Source of the DNA: Octopus vulgaris
Taxonomy: Eukaryota
DNA length: 64,000 nucleotides
Reading direction: 5' to 3'
Assembly (NCBI GenBank): GCA_951406725.2
Contig: OX597829.1
Span: 13,578,001-13,642,000, forward strand
Positions within the stretch are counted from its first letter, which is position 1, and the number at the start of each line of letters is the position of its first letter. The translations under genes were made by a program, and so were the position numbers. Below the pieces are notes generated by a model, which saw only the letters and a program-made list of their open reading frames with translations, ran no database searches and was not told the origin of the DNA. This document shows, piece after piece, positions 1-15,897 of the stretch.

Positions 1-463
1 GTCGATATCTGCATTATTCGCTCTCTTTGGGTATTTGCCATAGAGAGGTTTTTCTTGCCATTTATTATTCAGAATATCTAAGGCCGCAGTTTTGGCACGG
101 GTTTTCATGCGCCTAGCTTTTTCTGTGCTTGTTTCTTGTATATCTATCTCTAATTCCGAAATTGGTTGTATTCGGAATTCACTTAGATATTCCTTTGCCT
201 GTTTTGTGACTGAGTATGATGCTTTCTTGTTTTCATGTTTTGAGACAAGTTTTAGCATCCAGTCCTCAGAGTTTTTCAGGTAGGTGTCTAGGCCAATTGT
301 AGCAATCTTCATTGTTATTGCCAGTTGCAAAAGACCACGGTCTCCCTCTTTTCTTGGCAGATAGAGTCGTTCTGTATCTGCTTTAGGGTGGTGCATTCTA
401 TGCATTGTCAACAGTTTCCTTATTTTTCTGTCGAGCTGACATATTTCAGTAATTGACCAGTTA
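1..463 (-). mobile_element. R4/Dong-clade non-LTR retrotransposon fragment (post-RT region)
   Basis: Minus-strand translation gives RKLLTMHRMHHPKADTERLYLPRKEGDRGLLQL, typical of R4-type LINEs; abuts (ATT)n. Confidence 0.75.
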
Positions 464-467
464 ACAA

Positions 468-1395
<928 letters not shown>

Positions 1396-1412
1396 TATAA
1401 TTATTATTATTA

Positions 1413-1503
<91 letters not shown>

Positions 1504-1509
1504 AATTAT
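1396..1509. repeat. (ATT)n microsatellite
   Basis: Direct reading. Confidence 0.97.
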
Positions 1510-3012
1510 TCAGTAGTCTTATTTTTAGAACGTGCTTTCACTACACTACCGAGCGCAGCTCTGTTCCTTGGGTATGTGCTGTAGTTTGTTGCGATGCTCT
1601 TATAGTTACTGTATTGAAAGTGTTCTGCGTAGATTGTGTGCAGTGCCCAGTAGTGCAATTTTCTGTATGTTATACGTGTCTGTAGGACCTGGTGTTTTTG
1701 TTATATATTTGTCTGAATACTTTTTTTATCATGCGTAATGCACCTACTATGATAGGGATTGTTTCTGTTTATAGATTCCACATTCGAGTTACCTCTATTT
1801 CCAGGTCTTTGTATTTTGAAAGTTTCTCCATTTCTTTTAGAGACACGTTGTCATCCGCTGGTATTGATACATCAATTAGAATGTATTTTTTTTCTTCATG
1901 ATGTCTGACAACTATATCTGGTCTGCTGGCCTTAATTTCTCTATCTGTGTGTATTGACATATCCCATAATATTGTTGCTTTCTCATCTTCTGTGACCTTT
2001 TCTGGCCTGAGCCTATACCATCTTTTTTCTGTTGTTATTCCATAATATTGGCATAGATTCCAGTGTATGTAGGTCCCAACTCTGTCGTGTCTGTGAATTT
2101 ATTCCTTCTTATCCAGGACAGGGCAGCCAGAGATAATATGATTTATTGCTCCTTGTCCATCTTTGCATATTCTGCAGTTACTTGTTATGTTTCTGTTCTT
2201 TATATGTTTTTGTTAATTTCTGATGGAGAGGCTTTGGTCTTGTGCTGCAATTAAAAGTCATTCAGTCTCTGCTTTGAGTCCTGAGCTTCTCAGTTTAGAC
2301 CAGTATTTGCCATGAAGGGGCTTTTCTTGCCATCGCTTTATCATGGTCCGTTGCTGTTGCAGTTTTAGTTTGGATTTTATTTTTTTACAGCTTTTGTTTT
2401 CTTCGTTTTCTTCATAGTTGTCAGGTACTATGACTTCTTATTTGTATTTGTCAGCTTTTTTTTCTGCTCGCGTTTTGTGGCTATTTGCATTAGTTTTCTT
2501 TGCTTCTGAAGTAGGTATTTTTGCAGTCCTATGGTGGTTATTTTGTAATAGTTTTCTAGCTGTATAAGGCCTCTACCACTTTCTATACGTTGTATATATA
2601 ATCTTTCTATGTTAAATTTTGAGTGGGTCATCCTATATCCTGTCATAATTTTTTTTGTTTTCCTGTCTATTTTGATTAGTTCATTTAGTGTCCAGTTAAT
2701 GATATTGTAGCTGTAACTTATAACTGGAACGGCTAGTGTTGATACCTGTTATCTTGTTTTTAGCATTGAGCTACGTATTTAGTATTAATCTAACTTGTCT
2801 AAAATATTCTTTTTTAGTTTCTTTCATTTTTATGTGCTGTATCATATCTAGTTCATGGACTCCTTAATATTTGTATGTCTGTCTTTGGTCCAATTCTCTT
2901 ATTTCATTTGCTTTACGTATCATAGTGTGGTGTTGCTACTCTTTACTAGTTTTTCCTCTTTTCAAGGTTGCTTTGGCACATTTTTGTAAGCCAAATTTCA
3001 TATCTTTTTCTC
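1510..3012 (-). mobile_element. Degenerate R4/Dong-like LINE (RT C-terminus to endonuclease); same family as 47543-49262
   Basis: ORF pieces RPDIVV...IDVSIP...KLSKYKDL and ERLYIQRIESGRGL; 3' end matches that at 47543. Confidence 0.85.
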
Positions 3013-3657
<645 letters not shown>

Positions 3658-3831
3658 CAGCAACTTGAAATAGCTCTAAAGCCCATATTGGACAAAAAGA
3701 TCTATGTCACCAGAGGGAAGCGCTTCAGAACCGTGGAGGTTCGCTTCCCTGCCGAAGAAGCAAGGAAACAAGCCTCTTCGCCCTTGCAGGCTGAATATTT
3801 GTAGCTCGTACCGACATAACTTGGTCGGCGA

Positions 3832-4162
3832 GTGACAAAAATTAAAATTGATCAGGTGCCGCCCGAGCTAAGTATATATTGGTTAGTGGCAGTTGTCCTC
3901 TATGACATAGAGGACACTGCCACTATTCTGGGAGTACAGAGGTTGCGGGAGAGGAACTGGTCGGGTATGGGGTGCAGCTACTGGTACAAATCCAGCAGGA
4001 AAACATTAATGCCATACCTGACACTGTAAATTTGCCGGACGGCACCAGAATGCACATTGCTGTAGAGGAGCGAAAGCCAAAATGCTACCTCTGCGGCAGC
4101 GAAAGCCATCTAAAGAGAGACTGCCCCATTTACAAGAAAAGAATGGAGGCAGAAGGTAAGAG

Positions 4163-4202
<40 letters not shown>

Positions 4203-4951
4203 CAACAGAAACAACAACAGCATGAAACACAAAAGGTTTCCACACCACCGACACCATCACCAACACCACGAAGAGCAACACCACCCCCAGCCATCACCAA
4301 ACCAACACCAACACCAAGGAAGACGACGCAGAAGGAAACACCAACACCATCACCGACACCAACTACTACAGCAACATCACCGTTTCCTACAAACAAGAAC
4401 AATAATTTTCGACAAACTGTTGACCCGACAAATGTCCCCTTTCCGGATCAGGTAAGCTCGGATTGTGCGAGCACTGATAGCGAGAAAGGGAAGTGGCAAA
4501 CGGTGCCACCCAAAAAGAAAAGAAGGAAAAAGCAAAAAAACACACAAAAACACAGGGGAAGCACGAACAAATAGAGCTTCCTCAAATCAACAACAACATG
4601 CACTCCCAACAACAACAAACAACAACACTTTCACCACCATCACTGCCACACACACCAACACACACAGACACCGTTATAGCAATAAACACAAAAAACGAAC
4701 AACTTATAGCATACATAAAAGAAAACACAGACACGAAGTACTCAGACTTTATCATACCAACGCACAATACACCACCAGCACACATTCTGACAATAAAAAT
4801 CAACAAAACGAAATACGGTGAAATCAAAGAGAAATTCCTTAACGATGTCGGGTCGCTAGGGAGAAATTTCTCCCAAAAATTATATAAAAACTTGGTGGAA
4901 ACACCCGTGCAAAAGCACAAGGGAGCCACCCCATCAAACAACAGTATGTAG
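3832..4951 (+). pseudogene. Tx1 ORF1 (gag-like zinc-knuckle protein), frameshifted, with a (CAG)n/polyQ tract at about 4164-4221
   Basis: CX2CX4HX4C motif; homologous to ORF 62163-63365. Confidence 0.8.
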
Positions 4952-4987
4952 AGCCTTTTTTTCTACTTTTAAACCTTTCAGAAAAAC

Positions 4988-7900
4988 TTGGCTAAACACA
5001 GAATAGGTTGCTTAAATGTGAGAGGCCACGGGTCCCCTTGGAAACAGGGCCACCTGTTAAATGACCTGAGGTCTCACAGCGTGGATGTAGCAGCCATTAG
5101 TGAAACCAGACTGTCCGACCCGCAGGAACTCGCGGCCCTTTTCGGCAGATACGAGATTTTTCTATCTCCGTGTCGGCCGGGAGCGGGCGGTGATGGTACT
5201 GCGGTGTTGTTTCGGAAGGGCCTGGATTTGAAAATAAGGACAGTCTTCCTGGATCCAGAAGGTAAGTTGGTTGTCCTCGACGTAGACGGTAGTGATGGCG
5301 GTGCTTTCAGACTGCTGGTTGCCTACGTTCCGACAGGAGCAGGGCAGTCCGATTATTTCAAGCATCTGGAAGTTTTCTTAGGAACTTCACGCACTCTAGA
5401 ATTGGAACGCTTTCTTAGACGAACGTTTCGATCGGGTGGGCACGGGAGCTTCTGATAGGAGAGGGGGTGCAAGAGCCTCGCCAACCTGCTCAGGCGCTTT
5501 CAGCTGTCCGACAGGTTTCGACTAGACAATCCGAATGTGCCAATGTGGACTTGGACTATCGCATCGGGTCGTCTAGATCGTACTTAGCTAGAGTGTTCTG
5601 TAGGCCAGCGGATAAGGACAGCATAGGGTGTCCACAATTCCACCTAGTCGACTACACGGACCACAAATTCGTGATCTGTACGGTCGACTTAGATAGGCTA
5701 CATAGACAGGGACCCGGCTACTGGAAGCTGAACGCGTCGATAACAGCGTGCAAAGCCTACAGAGACCGGATTAGTTTATTTGTTAAACGGACGCTCACGG
5801 GGGCAATCATCAACAACAACTGGTGGTTTGCCCTCAAGTGAGCAATTTAGAGCAGAGTCGATTAGGTTTAGTAAGGCTCTAGCTGTAGAACGTAGAAAAA
5901 CGGAGCGGGATTTAGTTAGAAAACTAGACGAGGATCTTGAGACAGGCATCGCAACCGACGTGTTGGCGACTAGGTTGGCCCTCGACCAACACTTTGACGC
6001 CAAACACGAAGGCTGCGTTGACAGAGCTAAGGCGCGTTCGCTAAGCAGGGAGGGGACTAAGGCCACTCGATGGGCCCGTGTGGCGGAGGTGAAGCGGGAT
6101 AACAAAGCGACCATTCGGTCTTTGGTGGATCAGAACGGGCGCGAGGTTTCCGAACCGAAGCAGATGTGTGTGGTGTTTCAGCGGCACTTTGCTCAACTGT
6201 TTGGGACGAACGGTGGGACGGACAACGGTGCAGACTTCGATGTGTACCTGGACGGCCTACCGCAAATTTCGGACATGCGCCGTGCCGACCAGGTCGATAC
6301 ACGATAATCTCCATCTCATGCGCTGCACCATAGAGAGGGTGGGTAACGACGCTGGCGCGGGTGGGGCTTTGATCAATTTAAATCAGAGTAAAGCCTTCGA
6401 TAGGGTTGACCATCGATAGCTGTTCTCAAGGCAGCCGGATTCGCTCCAGTTTTCCGCGGGTGGTTCGCTGCATTATACAGCAACATCTGCTCGGTAATAC
6501 GGGTGAACTGTCACCTTTCAGAGCCGTTTGACATCTCACTTTCGGTCCGCCAAGGATGCCCTCTCTCCTCCCTCTTGTATGTATTGACTCTCGATCCATT
6601 ACTGCTCAAGCTGGATGCTTTGAGGGGTATCCTGCGCGATCTAGGAGGTGGAAACAGCGTGTCTGCCTATGCCGAGGACGTCACCGTGATGGTGTCGAGC
6701 CACAGGCACATTTAACTGATCGGCGAGACGCTAAACGAGTACGAAGCGGTGACAGAGGCAAAAATTAACGCGGAAAAGTCCGTGGGCTTGCAACTAGGCT
6801 CCTGGAGAGGCAAGTCCATGCCGTCCATGTCGTAGGGCGCTGGACAGACGGACCCATTAAACTGCTCGGGGTCTGGTTCGTTCCAGACCTCCAGGTGGAT
6901 AAGAACTGAGAAGAAGTGACGAGCAGGGTGGCCAATCTCGTCCAGAAATGGGCCGAGAGGAAGCTGTCCCTGAAAGGTCGAGCGGAGGTGGCGAAAGCGT
7001 ACATCGCATCCGTCATCTATTACCGCTTGACCGTCGTCCCTTGTCCCGACCGCTGGTTGGCCAAGCTGGTACGCTTGCTCTTCGACTTTTTGTAGAAGGG
7101 TCAGGTACCACTGGTCAGGCGATCCATCTGTTGTCAAGGACCGCTGAACGGAGGCCTTGGCATGCCGTGGTTACTGATGCGCAGACATGCGCTCAGACTA
7201 CGGCATCTCAAGCGTTTCCTAGACGGGGATCAGGTGTGGTCATCTTTTGTCAGACGCGACTTTCTGCAGCTCAACTCTTTGACAGAGCTGCATACCTGGA
7301 TCAAACGCAGACTGAGAAAGGGCGCTTGGCTATTCGAGTGCCATCAAGCTCTCTCCGCCCTCCGCCAAGCGGGCAATGCGATCGGTACTAGTTCAACTCT
7401 AGCGTTCTATAGAGGGTCAGTGGAAGAAAAGTGCGACGACGTTCTCGGGGAAACTCTAGACGTTGACGATAACGAGCTGAGCAGTCTGTTCGGAAGGACT
7501 TTCGGGCCGGGGCCAATGGATAATTTCCAGAGGTCCCTCGCCTGGCAGTGTTACCGAGGGTCTCTGCCTGTTCGAGATAAACTCTACCGGCACGGAAGTG
7601 CCGTCAGCCGGACCTGCCCGAGGTGCTGCCACGACGACGAAACCGTTCTGCACGCACTCGTCCAGTGTCCGAGTATTGCTGAACTATGGGTTTATGTCGA
7701 AAAGCTACTGTCACGTATAGGACGGATCCGGCTATCAGCTGAATCCATACTGAAGATTGCCCCGCCGACCTCCTTTAACCGGGAGGGCAAGGCTGTTTTC
7801 CTTTACCTTAGTGGCTGTAGCGAAAGAGGTGGTATGGTGGACCCGTTTGAAAGGGCTAAGGTCAGACACTTTCCTCTTTGGCTCAGGCTTCATCAACTTT

Positions 7901-8032
7901 TTCAGATTTCACTTGAAAAGGAAGATGAAAGTAGAGAGGGAAGTGCTGTCCGATAGCAAGTTTGCTGAAAGGTGGATAAATGTCGCAAGAATGGCTAGGA
8001 TGAAAGGAGCCATTCTGAGGTTACACCTGTGA
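4988..8032 (+). pseudogene. Tx1 ORF2 (APE endonuclease-RT-zinc finger), broken
   Basis: Motifs spread over ORFs 4988-5455, 5467-5841, 5780-6307, 6503-6715, 7162-7956 and 7757-8032. Confidence 0.88.
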
Positions 8033-8689
8033 TTTAAAAAGGTAATATAAAAGAAGAAAGGGGCTCTCTACCCCACTTTTGACCAGGCTCCCGTTGGCTT
8101 TTATGGGTTTTTCCACCCCCTATTGGGAGTTTTTCATTGTTATAATTTTTGATTGTTACACTGTTTTTACACGATTTTTTCACAAACGAACAAAACCCTT
8201 TGTAACTTTTCGTCCTGTTTTTGTCCTATTTTTGTAATGAAAGCAGAAGGACGTGTCTTCGGAAGTTGTGAGTTTTTGCTCAATTTTCATAGAAAATTTT
8301 GTCATTCCTTTTAATAATTTTGTATATTTCTGTAGCCCAGCCGACCGTGCTCTTGCTGAGCTAATCGGTTAGGCGGAATTTTCCCCTTTTAGAGGCGAAT
8401 TTGTCATTTCAAAATTTCCAATTTCGACTTTGCACTTCGAAATTATGCAAAAATGTCTATGGAGTGGAGTGTAAGCTCTTCTCCTCTTTTCATACTTCAC
8501 CCTCTGCAGTCGAACGACTGCAAAAAAGAAACTTCAAAAGTTAACTGTCTCCGTTCTCTCCGCGCCGTAAAAGGCAATGAATGGAAGAGGAAGAGGTGTT
8601 AATGTTTCTGCCAGAGTTTATGTTGCTAGCAAACATTCAAAGATCCATCGTTGAAATGAAAATAATGTAAACAATGTCACATTCTAAAC

Positions 8690-9205
8690 GAGAGAAAAGG
8701 CTTGCATAGTTTTACTGTTCCGCTTACAAATTGTACTTGCTCTGTGGATTACTTTTTCTGAAAATCCAAGTTTATCCAGATTGACAGTTAGACTTTTATT
8801 TACAAAAACCAAGTACTCAAATTATTATTAGTATAAACGTAAATTTGTAACTTTGATATAGAAGTCGGAGGTTTTGAATCAGTTGTCCATAATTATCTTC
8901 TTTCTCTTTGATTTTCAAAGAGATATTCACATCAGCAGGACAACCCTCCAGTACATACGTTTTCTTGTCTGTCCCAAACAATAATATCCGGCTTGTTATG
9001 CTTACACTTGACAGATGTTTTGAAGGGAATGTTCCACCAGTATTCCTTGTGCTGGTATTTGTGTGCATATTCAATAATATTTATTCCAGGACAGTCTTTT
9101 TTCCGGATGGCATTGTATATTGTTGTCGCATAGGAGGTAGTATCTTCATAACATTTTGGGCTGATGCTCATCACATGTGTGATGTCTTCCACAGAAATAT
9201 GACAT
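8690..9205 (-). mobile_element. Restriction-like-endonuclease LINE 3' fragment (second family; related copy at 24715-25020)
   Basis: EYWWNIPFKTSVKCKHNKPDIIVWDR; shared 3' sequence gagaaa..cttgcatagttttactgttc. Confidence 0.7.
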
Positions 9206-9258
9206 AATTTAAACGTATGTGTGTGTCTGTGTTTTTTTGGCCTCCATTACCTACTGAC

Positions 9259-9306
<48 letters not shown>

Positions 9307-9319
9307 GTGAGTGTGTGTA

Positions 9320-9366
<47 letters not shown>

Positions 9367-10557
9367 ATGTGTGTGTATGTATGTATGTAGATAGGTAGGT
9401 AGGTATGTGTGTGTATGTATTATGTATATGTATATGGGATGGGTTCTCATACAGTTTTTGTCTACAAAATTTACCGAGGCGGTACTGGTCAGCGTCAGTA
9501 CCACACAGGAGAAGAGGCCCATATACCGTTAACGCTACTTTGTTCCGTCAGTGTACAAACAATCGGCTTTCCTATAAGCGGTTGTATCTTTATAGAACTG
9601 AGAAGTAATTCGTTTATTTGTAAAATAGAGATCTGTTCATACTATGACAAACAGCTCCTATCCAACCCTTGAGAAAAACCTTCACTCACCCGCTTAACGC
9701 CGCAGATTATTGGTGGATTATTGGGATCTGAGCAAAGGATTTACTCATCTACAGACCGAAACAAATCTATAGTGAAAATTCTATTTCCGAAAGCGCTAAA
9801 TTCAGATCTTTTAAATGAATTCCTTCATGTTATGAGTTTGATCTTTAAATTTCTCGATGCATAGATTTTAAGTAATTTCATTTAGAATAAATTTTGTTTG
9901 AGACATTTTTAATTATATATTTCATCAAATACATTTATTGAAAAAGCTGATAGTCTTATTTCCAAATATTAATTTTAATTTATCTGATATATGGAAAGTA
10001 ATGATTATATTTCTGGCTTTCCGAATATTAATTTGAAATTTCACATTAAAATTTATAACTTCATATAATAATATCTAGAGCTGAGGTATATTATAATTTC
10101 ATAATAATGCCAATATCCAAATTTATGTAAATATAAATAAAGTTATTCATTTTAAATGCCTGGGATATTTATCACCCTGCTATATTTAATTTTAATTTAC
10201 ATTACTTTGAGTAAGCGTTCATAAGAAGAATGACATATACAGCATAATACAAATTATGTGATACCAAACATCATCTATTTTACATGTCACAATATTATCT
10301 ATATCTAATATACAATCTTTACAATATCAAACCAGAGAGGGTTATTTCTTTTTATCGCTTGCTCTATTGAAAATAGCAGTTAGTTTCCTTTAAATCACAT
10401 CCTATCGCTATTTAAAACTAAGAAAAGAACACATTCCGTATTATAGTCAGATTTACAAACGTATTTGATAAGTTGGAATGATTATAGATAGATTGCCATT
10501 GATCATAGATGTGTCCAATTGGGGCTGATCTGAGGAATAACTTTACAATATTGTTAT

Positions 10558-11130
10558 AGACATGGCTGTGTGATAAAGAAGGTAGTTTTGCAAAAACATG
10601 GTTCCGGGTTAAGCCTCACCGTGCAGCACGCTGGACAAGTGTCTCCTACCATAACCAGGGGCCAGACCAATATCTTTTGAATGAAATTGGTAGATGGGAA
10701 ATGTATGGAAAGACATTATGTTTGTATGTATGTATGTATGTATGTATGTATGTATGTGTGTGTGTGTGTAGTTATGTATGTATATATGTATGTATGTATG
10801 TGTGTGTGTAGTTATGTATGTATGTATGTATACTTTATTTGTTGTGCATTAAGGCTACCATTGGTTTCATGTTTTGGAAAACCTCAACAATTATCAGGCC
10901 TATCACATAGAACATACTAATATGTGTGTGTATGTGTGTATATGCGTCTGTGTGTTTTTGTATCTGTTTATGTACCCCCAATCAATGTTTGAGAACCGGT
11001 GTTATTGTGGTTACGTTCCTGTAATTTAACAGTTCGGCAAAAAAGTCGATAGACAAAAGTACTAGGTTTTAATAGAAGTACTGGGGCTGATTCATTCGAC
11101 TAAAAATTCTTCAAAGCGGTGCCCCAGCTG
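10558..11130 (+). mobile_element. tRNA-derived SINE family A, diverged, with internal microsatellite
   Basis: Head tggctgtgtgataa...ggttccgggtt and tail gcggtgccccagc match 43680-44082. Confidence 0.75.
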
Positions 11131-11765
11131 TATTATAAAATTTTATTTGTGTGTATGTGTGTGTGAGAGAGAGAGAGAGATAGTGTGTGTGTGTATTCGT
11201 CTGCCTTTTGTATATATTCTCGTTTGTATTTGTTTAAATATGTTAAATAATTTTACCGTTTATCAACAAATGTGATTGCTGTTTTCGTGTTTCCAAATAC
11301 TGGATAACCATGCAGCATCAGCTGTAGATCTCGGGTGTCGCTGCCTGTAACGCACAGAAGAGAAAAATCAATAAATGCTGGTGCCTAGCCGGCCGCTAAC
11401 AGTTTGTGCGAATCTCCGTCGAGACGTCAGGTGTTCTTGAACTCCATAGTACCGATTTCCTCCGCAAAATAGAGATAACGACGGGCCATCAGACAAATGA
11501 ACACTGCGAGGTGGACTAGTAGCGAGTGTCACTGGTCCCTCCCCACGAAAACGCCATCGCGGTCAACACTGCGGGTTCGGCTGAGCACCATCGCCCTAAC
11601 ACTCCATCTTCCGCTCCTTTACCCATCACAACTTTCTTTTCCTATTCTTCGTTTTCCTTTCTTATCTCTCTTCTTTCATGATTCTTTGTATCTAAATTTT
11701 CTGATAAATATTTTTCTCACAACGAGAGATATTCATCCACAGTACTTTGTTAGATTGTTTGCAAC

Positions 11766-12091
11766 AAAGATTGTTTGCCAACATAACACAGCACTCCTGA
11801 TTTAGGACGAATGTTGCTGTAATTTAGCCCCAGCAAACATCGTCTCCGGCTGGCTATACGAAACAATCTGTGTCCTTATATATATTTTTCTTTTTTTCCT
11901 ATCTGAAACAATTATACCGTGCTGATGAAGAGAAATAACCCGGAAATCGCGATACACAGATATTGTTTTGAGCTGAGTGGGGTGTTAGATTCCCTGGTTC
12001 AGAAGAAAAAAAGAAAATGTCTCCTGGGGCTAAACTACAGCAACATTCATCCTAAATCGGGAATGCAATGTTATGTTGGCAAATAATCTTT
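11766..12091. repeat. About 75-bp inverted repeats (11766-11840 / 12016-12091) enclosing an HHR motif
   Basis: aaagattgtttgccaacataac...ccccag versus ctgggg...gttatgttggcaaataatcttt. Confidence 0.85.
11906..11968 (+). ncRNA. Type-I hammerhead ribozyme motif, stem II degraded
   Basis: aaacaat..cgtg CTGATGA ... GAAA tcgcga TA cacagatattgttt. Confidence 0.6.
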
Positions 12092-12349
12092 ACTCCAAAA
12101 TATTTTTCTGTTTCGAAAAAATTAAGTTACTTAATAAATATATCTAAGCATCTTTCCGTAATTGAGAAGCTGCCTTTACCGTCAGATGATTTCGCATTCA
12201 ATCTTTCTTTGCGGCGCATTTGGCAATAATCTTTATATTGCACACTGGGAGACGAATGCAGTTGATGTAAGAAAAATTATACCAACATTTGTGTGATAAT
12301 CTGTGTCTGTTCCTATATTGCAGACGTAATTTGCCTTCACTTTAATAGT

Positions 12350-12620
12350 GAATGCACCACATAGCACTTGGTTGTATTTAGTGAATTCCACTGAGTTACA
12401 AGGATTCGAGTTTTGTATCTGCTGTAATGGCTGCAAACTCGGGTTTTTACTACTGCAGTAGAAACACAGGTCGTGATTTCTAATAATAACACTACATAGC
12501 CCCTGGTTGAATTTAGTGAAGTCCACTGCGTTACAAGTATTCGAACCATGTTTCAATTGCAATGATTGAAAACATGGTATTTTACTACTACAGTAGAGAC
12601 ACAAGTCGTAGTTCCTTCCT
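12350..12620. repeat. Two diverged 135-bp tandem units
   Basis: 45-aa repeat visible in ORF 12233-12670. Confidence 0.75.
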
Positions 12621-13899
12621 TTAGTTCCTCTCCCTCCCCCACAAATCTTGGAGAGCCTGAGAAAGGTCATGGGCGTGACCCTTCTCTGAGTAAGCCATAA
12701 AACAAAAATATATGTTCTAGGAGCGTATTATTTGAAGATAATGTCAGGTAACATATTAGAATTCTTTCTATAATTCCTCTACATTCTTACTGAACAGCCA
12801 CTAAGTTCTCTTATTACAACACGCACACCATATAACCACTACAGTCAGTCATTCAACTGACGTACAACAAGAGAACACAACCAGCTATCCCACTTCCGCC
12901 CACAGTCACCCATACATCTTTTCTCCACAAGTTTATGACAAGCAGCAGTTTCAAATGACATCATTTCGTTCAATCTATGGACAACTATTCTATCATATCA
13001 GTGTGCCATGTGTAGTAGGAAAAGTTAAGCTGCGTAATTCAGATACTGTAAAATGGTCTTACAGACTTGCTGGTCATTGCAAAGGTCGAGTTTTCCGTGT
13101 AGCTTATAAGTGTTGGCGAAATCTGAACCCGAAACCTTTGAAAAAAATTATGTCGCTTAGTTATATAAACTAGAGAGATAACCACTGGTAATGTTGAAAG
13201 ATATCCAGCATTGCTTAGCCTACTTGACTGACGATGGTTGTAAAATGTTTCTTTTAAATATGTCAAGAGCCGATAAAACTACTTAAATGTTTTCAATGAC
13301 TCTCAATGCGAACATTAGGTCATAATTTCCCAAGTAATCTTCGCCAATAGCTAATCAACTATGAATAGCATAAGCACATAAAACAAAAACTATATATAAA
13401 TCAAATTCCTCGCGCGACATTATATTCTGCTTTTATCATTTTTCTTTGATAAAGTCTGAGCACAACTTTTGTGGATGTACAGAGCCAGGTCAGCCGTTGA
13501 AGAGCAGAGATCTTTGATCAACGGCGTTCCAAATGTAACCACCCAGTCTTACATCATTTTGTATACCAGGACTACATACTTCAATCTGTTTTCTTCTTTA
13601 TTTAATGCGGTGTAATATTATTGAATGGGAATGTGGATCCTATTTCTTGTAGGTAGAATGACCGCCTTAATTGAGCAGAAATCAATGACGAGTATGTTTA
13701 TATAATTTTATATATTAAGGAGTTCACAATGCGATATCTCCTTTTAGTTTTCACCTTAACACATAACTTCTTCTTTGATTGTAAATTCGCACACGCTATT
13801 CATTTAATTGCACTGTGTAACACGATTTTTGTTATTGGGTAGCAACTGATATTTTCTATTTGATTACCCATAGAAAGTATGAAAAGTGGCCAATATTTC

Positions 13900-14105
13900 C
13901 TTCAAATTTTGCTTTTCTTACATTTATTCAAACTCCAAAGAATTCCTCTCAATACATGGCTATGATGCTGTCCCACTATTCCTGCTCATTATCAGAAATG
14001 CAGACACTGTCAGTCACTAAGGGATATGTTGAAGTGGTTAAGGTCAAGCAACTGACAAACAAGTCTGTGTTATCGAGCAGAATATTTGCCATAACTCAAT
14101 CTGTT
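13900..14105 (+). mobile_element. Partial copy of the 46878-47432 repeat
   Basis: ttattcaaactccaaagaat...catggctatgatgct...gcagaatatttgcc shared. Confidence 0.75.
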
Positions 14106-15089
14106 TGAAATGTAATGGAGATTTAGTTTCAAAATATTGACGTCCAGGTGACAAAAGCAAAATTGAAGGGAATAGTTGTCATTTCCTTTGATTAAGCAAA
14201 TGGGAAATAACACTTACTGACCAAAGATAAAAGAAATAAAAAGTAATTTGTTACACAGTGTTTTCTACTATGAGAAGAGGATATGTCAAACAAAATAGTA
14301 AATTCGGAACATATCTGCAGAAAATAAATTTACACTCTAATTTTTATATCTATTTATTTATTTATATTAATTTTTGTAGTAATAAAAAGGTCAGCTGCTC
14401 TAACAGTAGTACTCTTCTTTTTGTGGACATTACCAAAGTTTTGATTTCGTATTTATTATGTAAAATGAGTAAAAGAAAGGACGCACATTGAAAGATTTCT
14501 TATGACGTAAAAAAGAATATTTCTATATTAAGTAACATACAAGTTAAATTCCTGATTTATAAAATTAGCACCGCTTTCAATTGTGGCAACTGGTACCAGG
14601 TTCAACTAAGGCATTGGAATAACCTCAAGAATCGAGAATTCTTCAATATTGATATGGCTTAAGGAAAAGATATTCTGATTATATCAGGAAAAGAGGAGAG
14701 CTGTTTTCACACGTTTCTGTCTAGACTGGCGTCATCATAAATTGTATTAAATAATGAAACTTCCATTTAACTAAGTGTTTCCATTAATTTTTCCAACCCT
14801 TGTATTTATAAATCCTTATACAATATTGCGGTTGTTGGGACACACATTTACGATCAACGGACATTACACCCAGGAAATTCTAACATTTTGGTTATCTTGC
14901 ATAGCGTGTTCTTTTAATTCTTTAAATAATTACCTTTTATATCGAAAACATTCGGCTGATTGTTGTAGGAATTAGCAGAATCACTTAGCATTCTACGTAC
15001 TGTAGGGTTGGTGAGATTAATTATATATAAAGTTTATATAATTAGGAAGAATAGAATTTAGGTAGAAATCTGTCTTTCTAAAATAAACA

Positions 15090-15730
15090 TAGAATATGTG
15101 TATGAATACGCACAAACATAGATACATACACACATATATACTGACATGAATACATATATGCATACACGAACATACAAACATTCATATATACATACATGTA
15201 TGTATATACATATACATACATATATGTGTGTGTATGTATATATACATACACACTGTATGTACATTTTTTGGTTGCGTGTGTATGTATACATACATACTTG
15301 CATGCATACATACACACATACATACGTATAAACACACATACATGCATACATACATATTACATACATTCATTCATACATACATACATATATACACACACAT
15401 ACATACATACATACATACTCACATACATACATACATACATTTATACATACATACATACATACATACATACATACATACGTACGTACGTACATACATACAT
15501 ACACACACACATACATACATACATACATACACACATACATACATACATACATACATGCATGCATGCATGCATACATACATACATACATACATACATACAC
15601 ATACATACACACATACATACATACATTTATACATACATACATACATACATACATACATACATACATACATACATACATACATACATACATACATACATAC
15701 ATACATACATACATACGTACGTACGTACAT
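15090..15730. repeat. (TACA)n compound microsatellite
   Basis: Direct reading. Confidence 0.95.
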
Positions 15731-15835
15731 AGTATGATCATAAGGGCTTAGCACATTTACTAATTCAGGGTGAATGTCAGACTGCAGTCTCCGAAATACA
15801 TTCCATTTTTCATATTTCTGTCATTAAGGAGCGAT

Positions 15836-15897
15836 CAACTGAAATTTGTTTCGGAACGAAACATTACTGACGAAATGTTTGTCTCTCATCGTATTTG
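15836..15897 (-). ncRNA. Degenerate HHR-like motif
   Basis: caaat ACGATGA [gagac-aaacatt...aatgttt-cgttcc] GAAA caaatt TC agttg. Confidence 0.4.

Noticed and set aside
11340-11610. GC-richer stretch, possibly an old LINE 3' end
   Set aside because: Only a faint NSIVP-like motif; insufficient to call
14700-14745. Minus-strand ATGATGA...GAAAcgtgTG
   Set aside because: Core, stem II and triplet are all mismatched; could be chance
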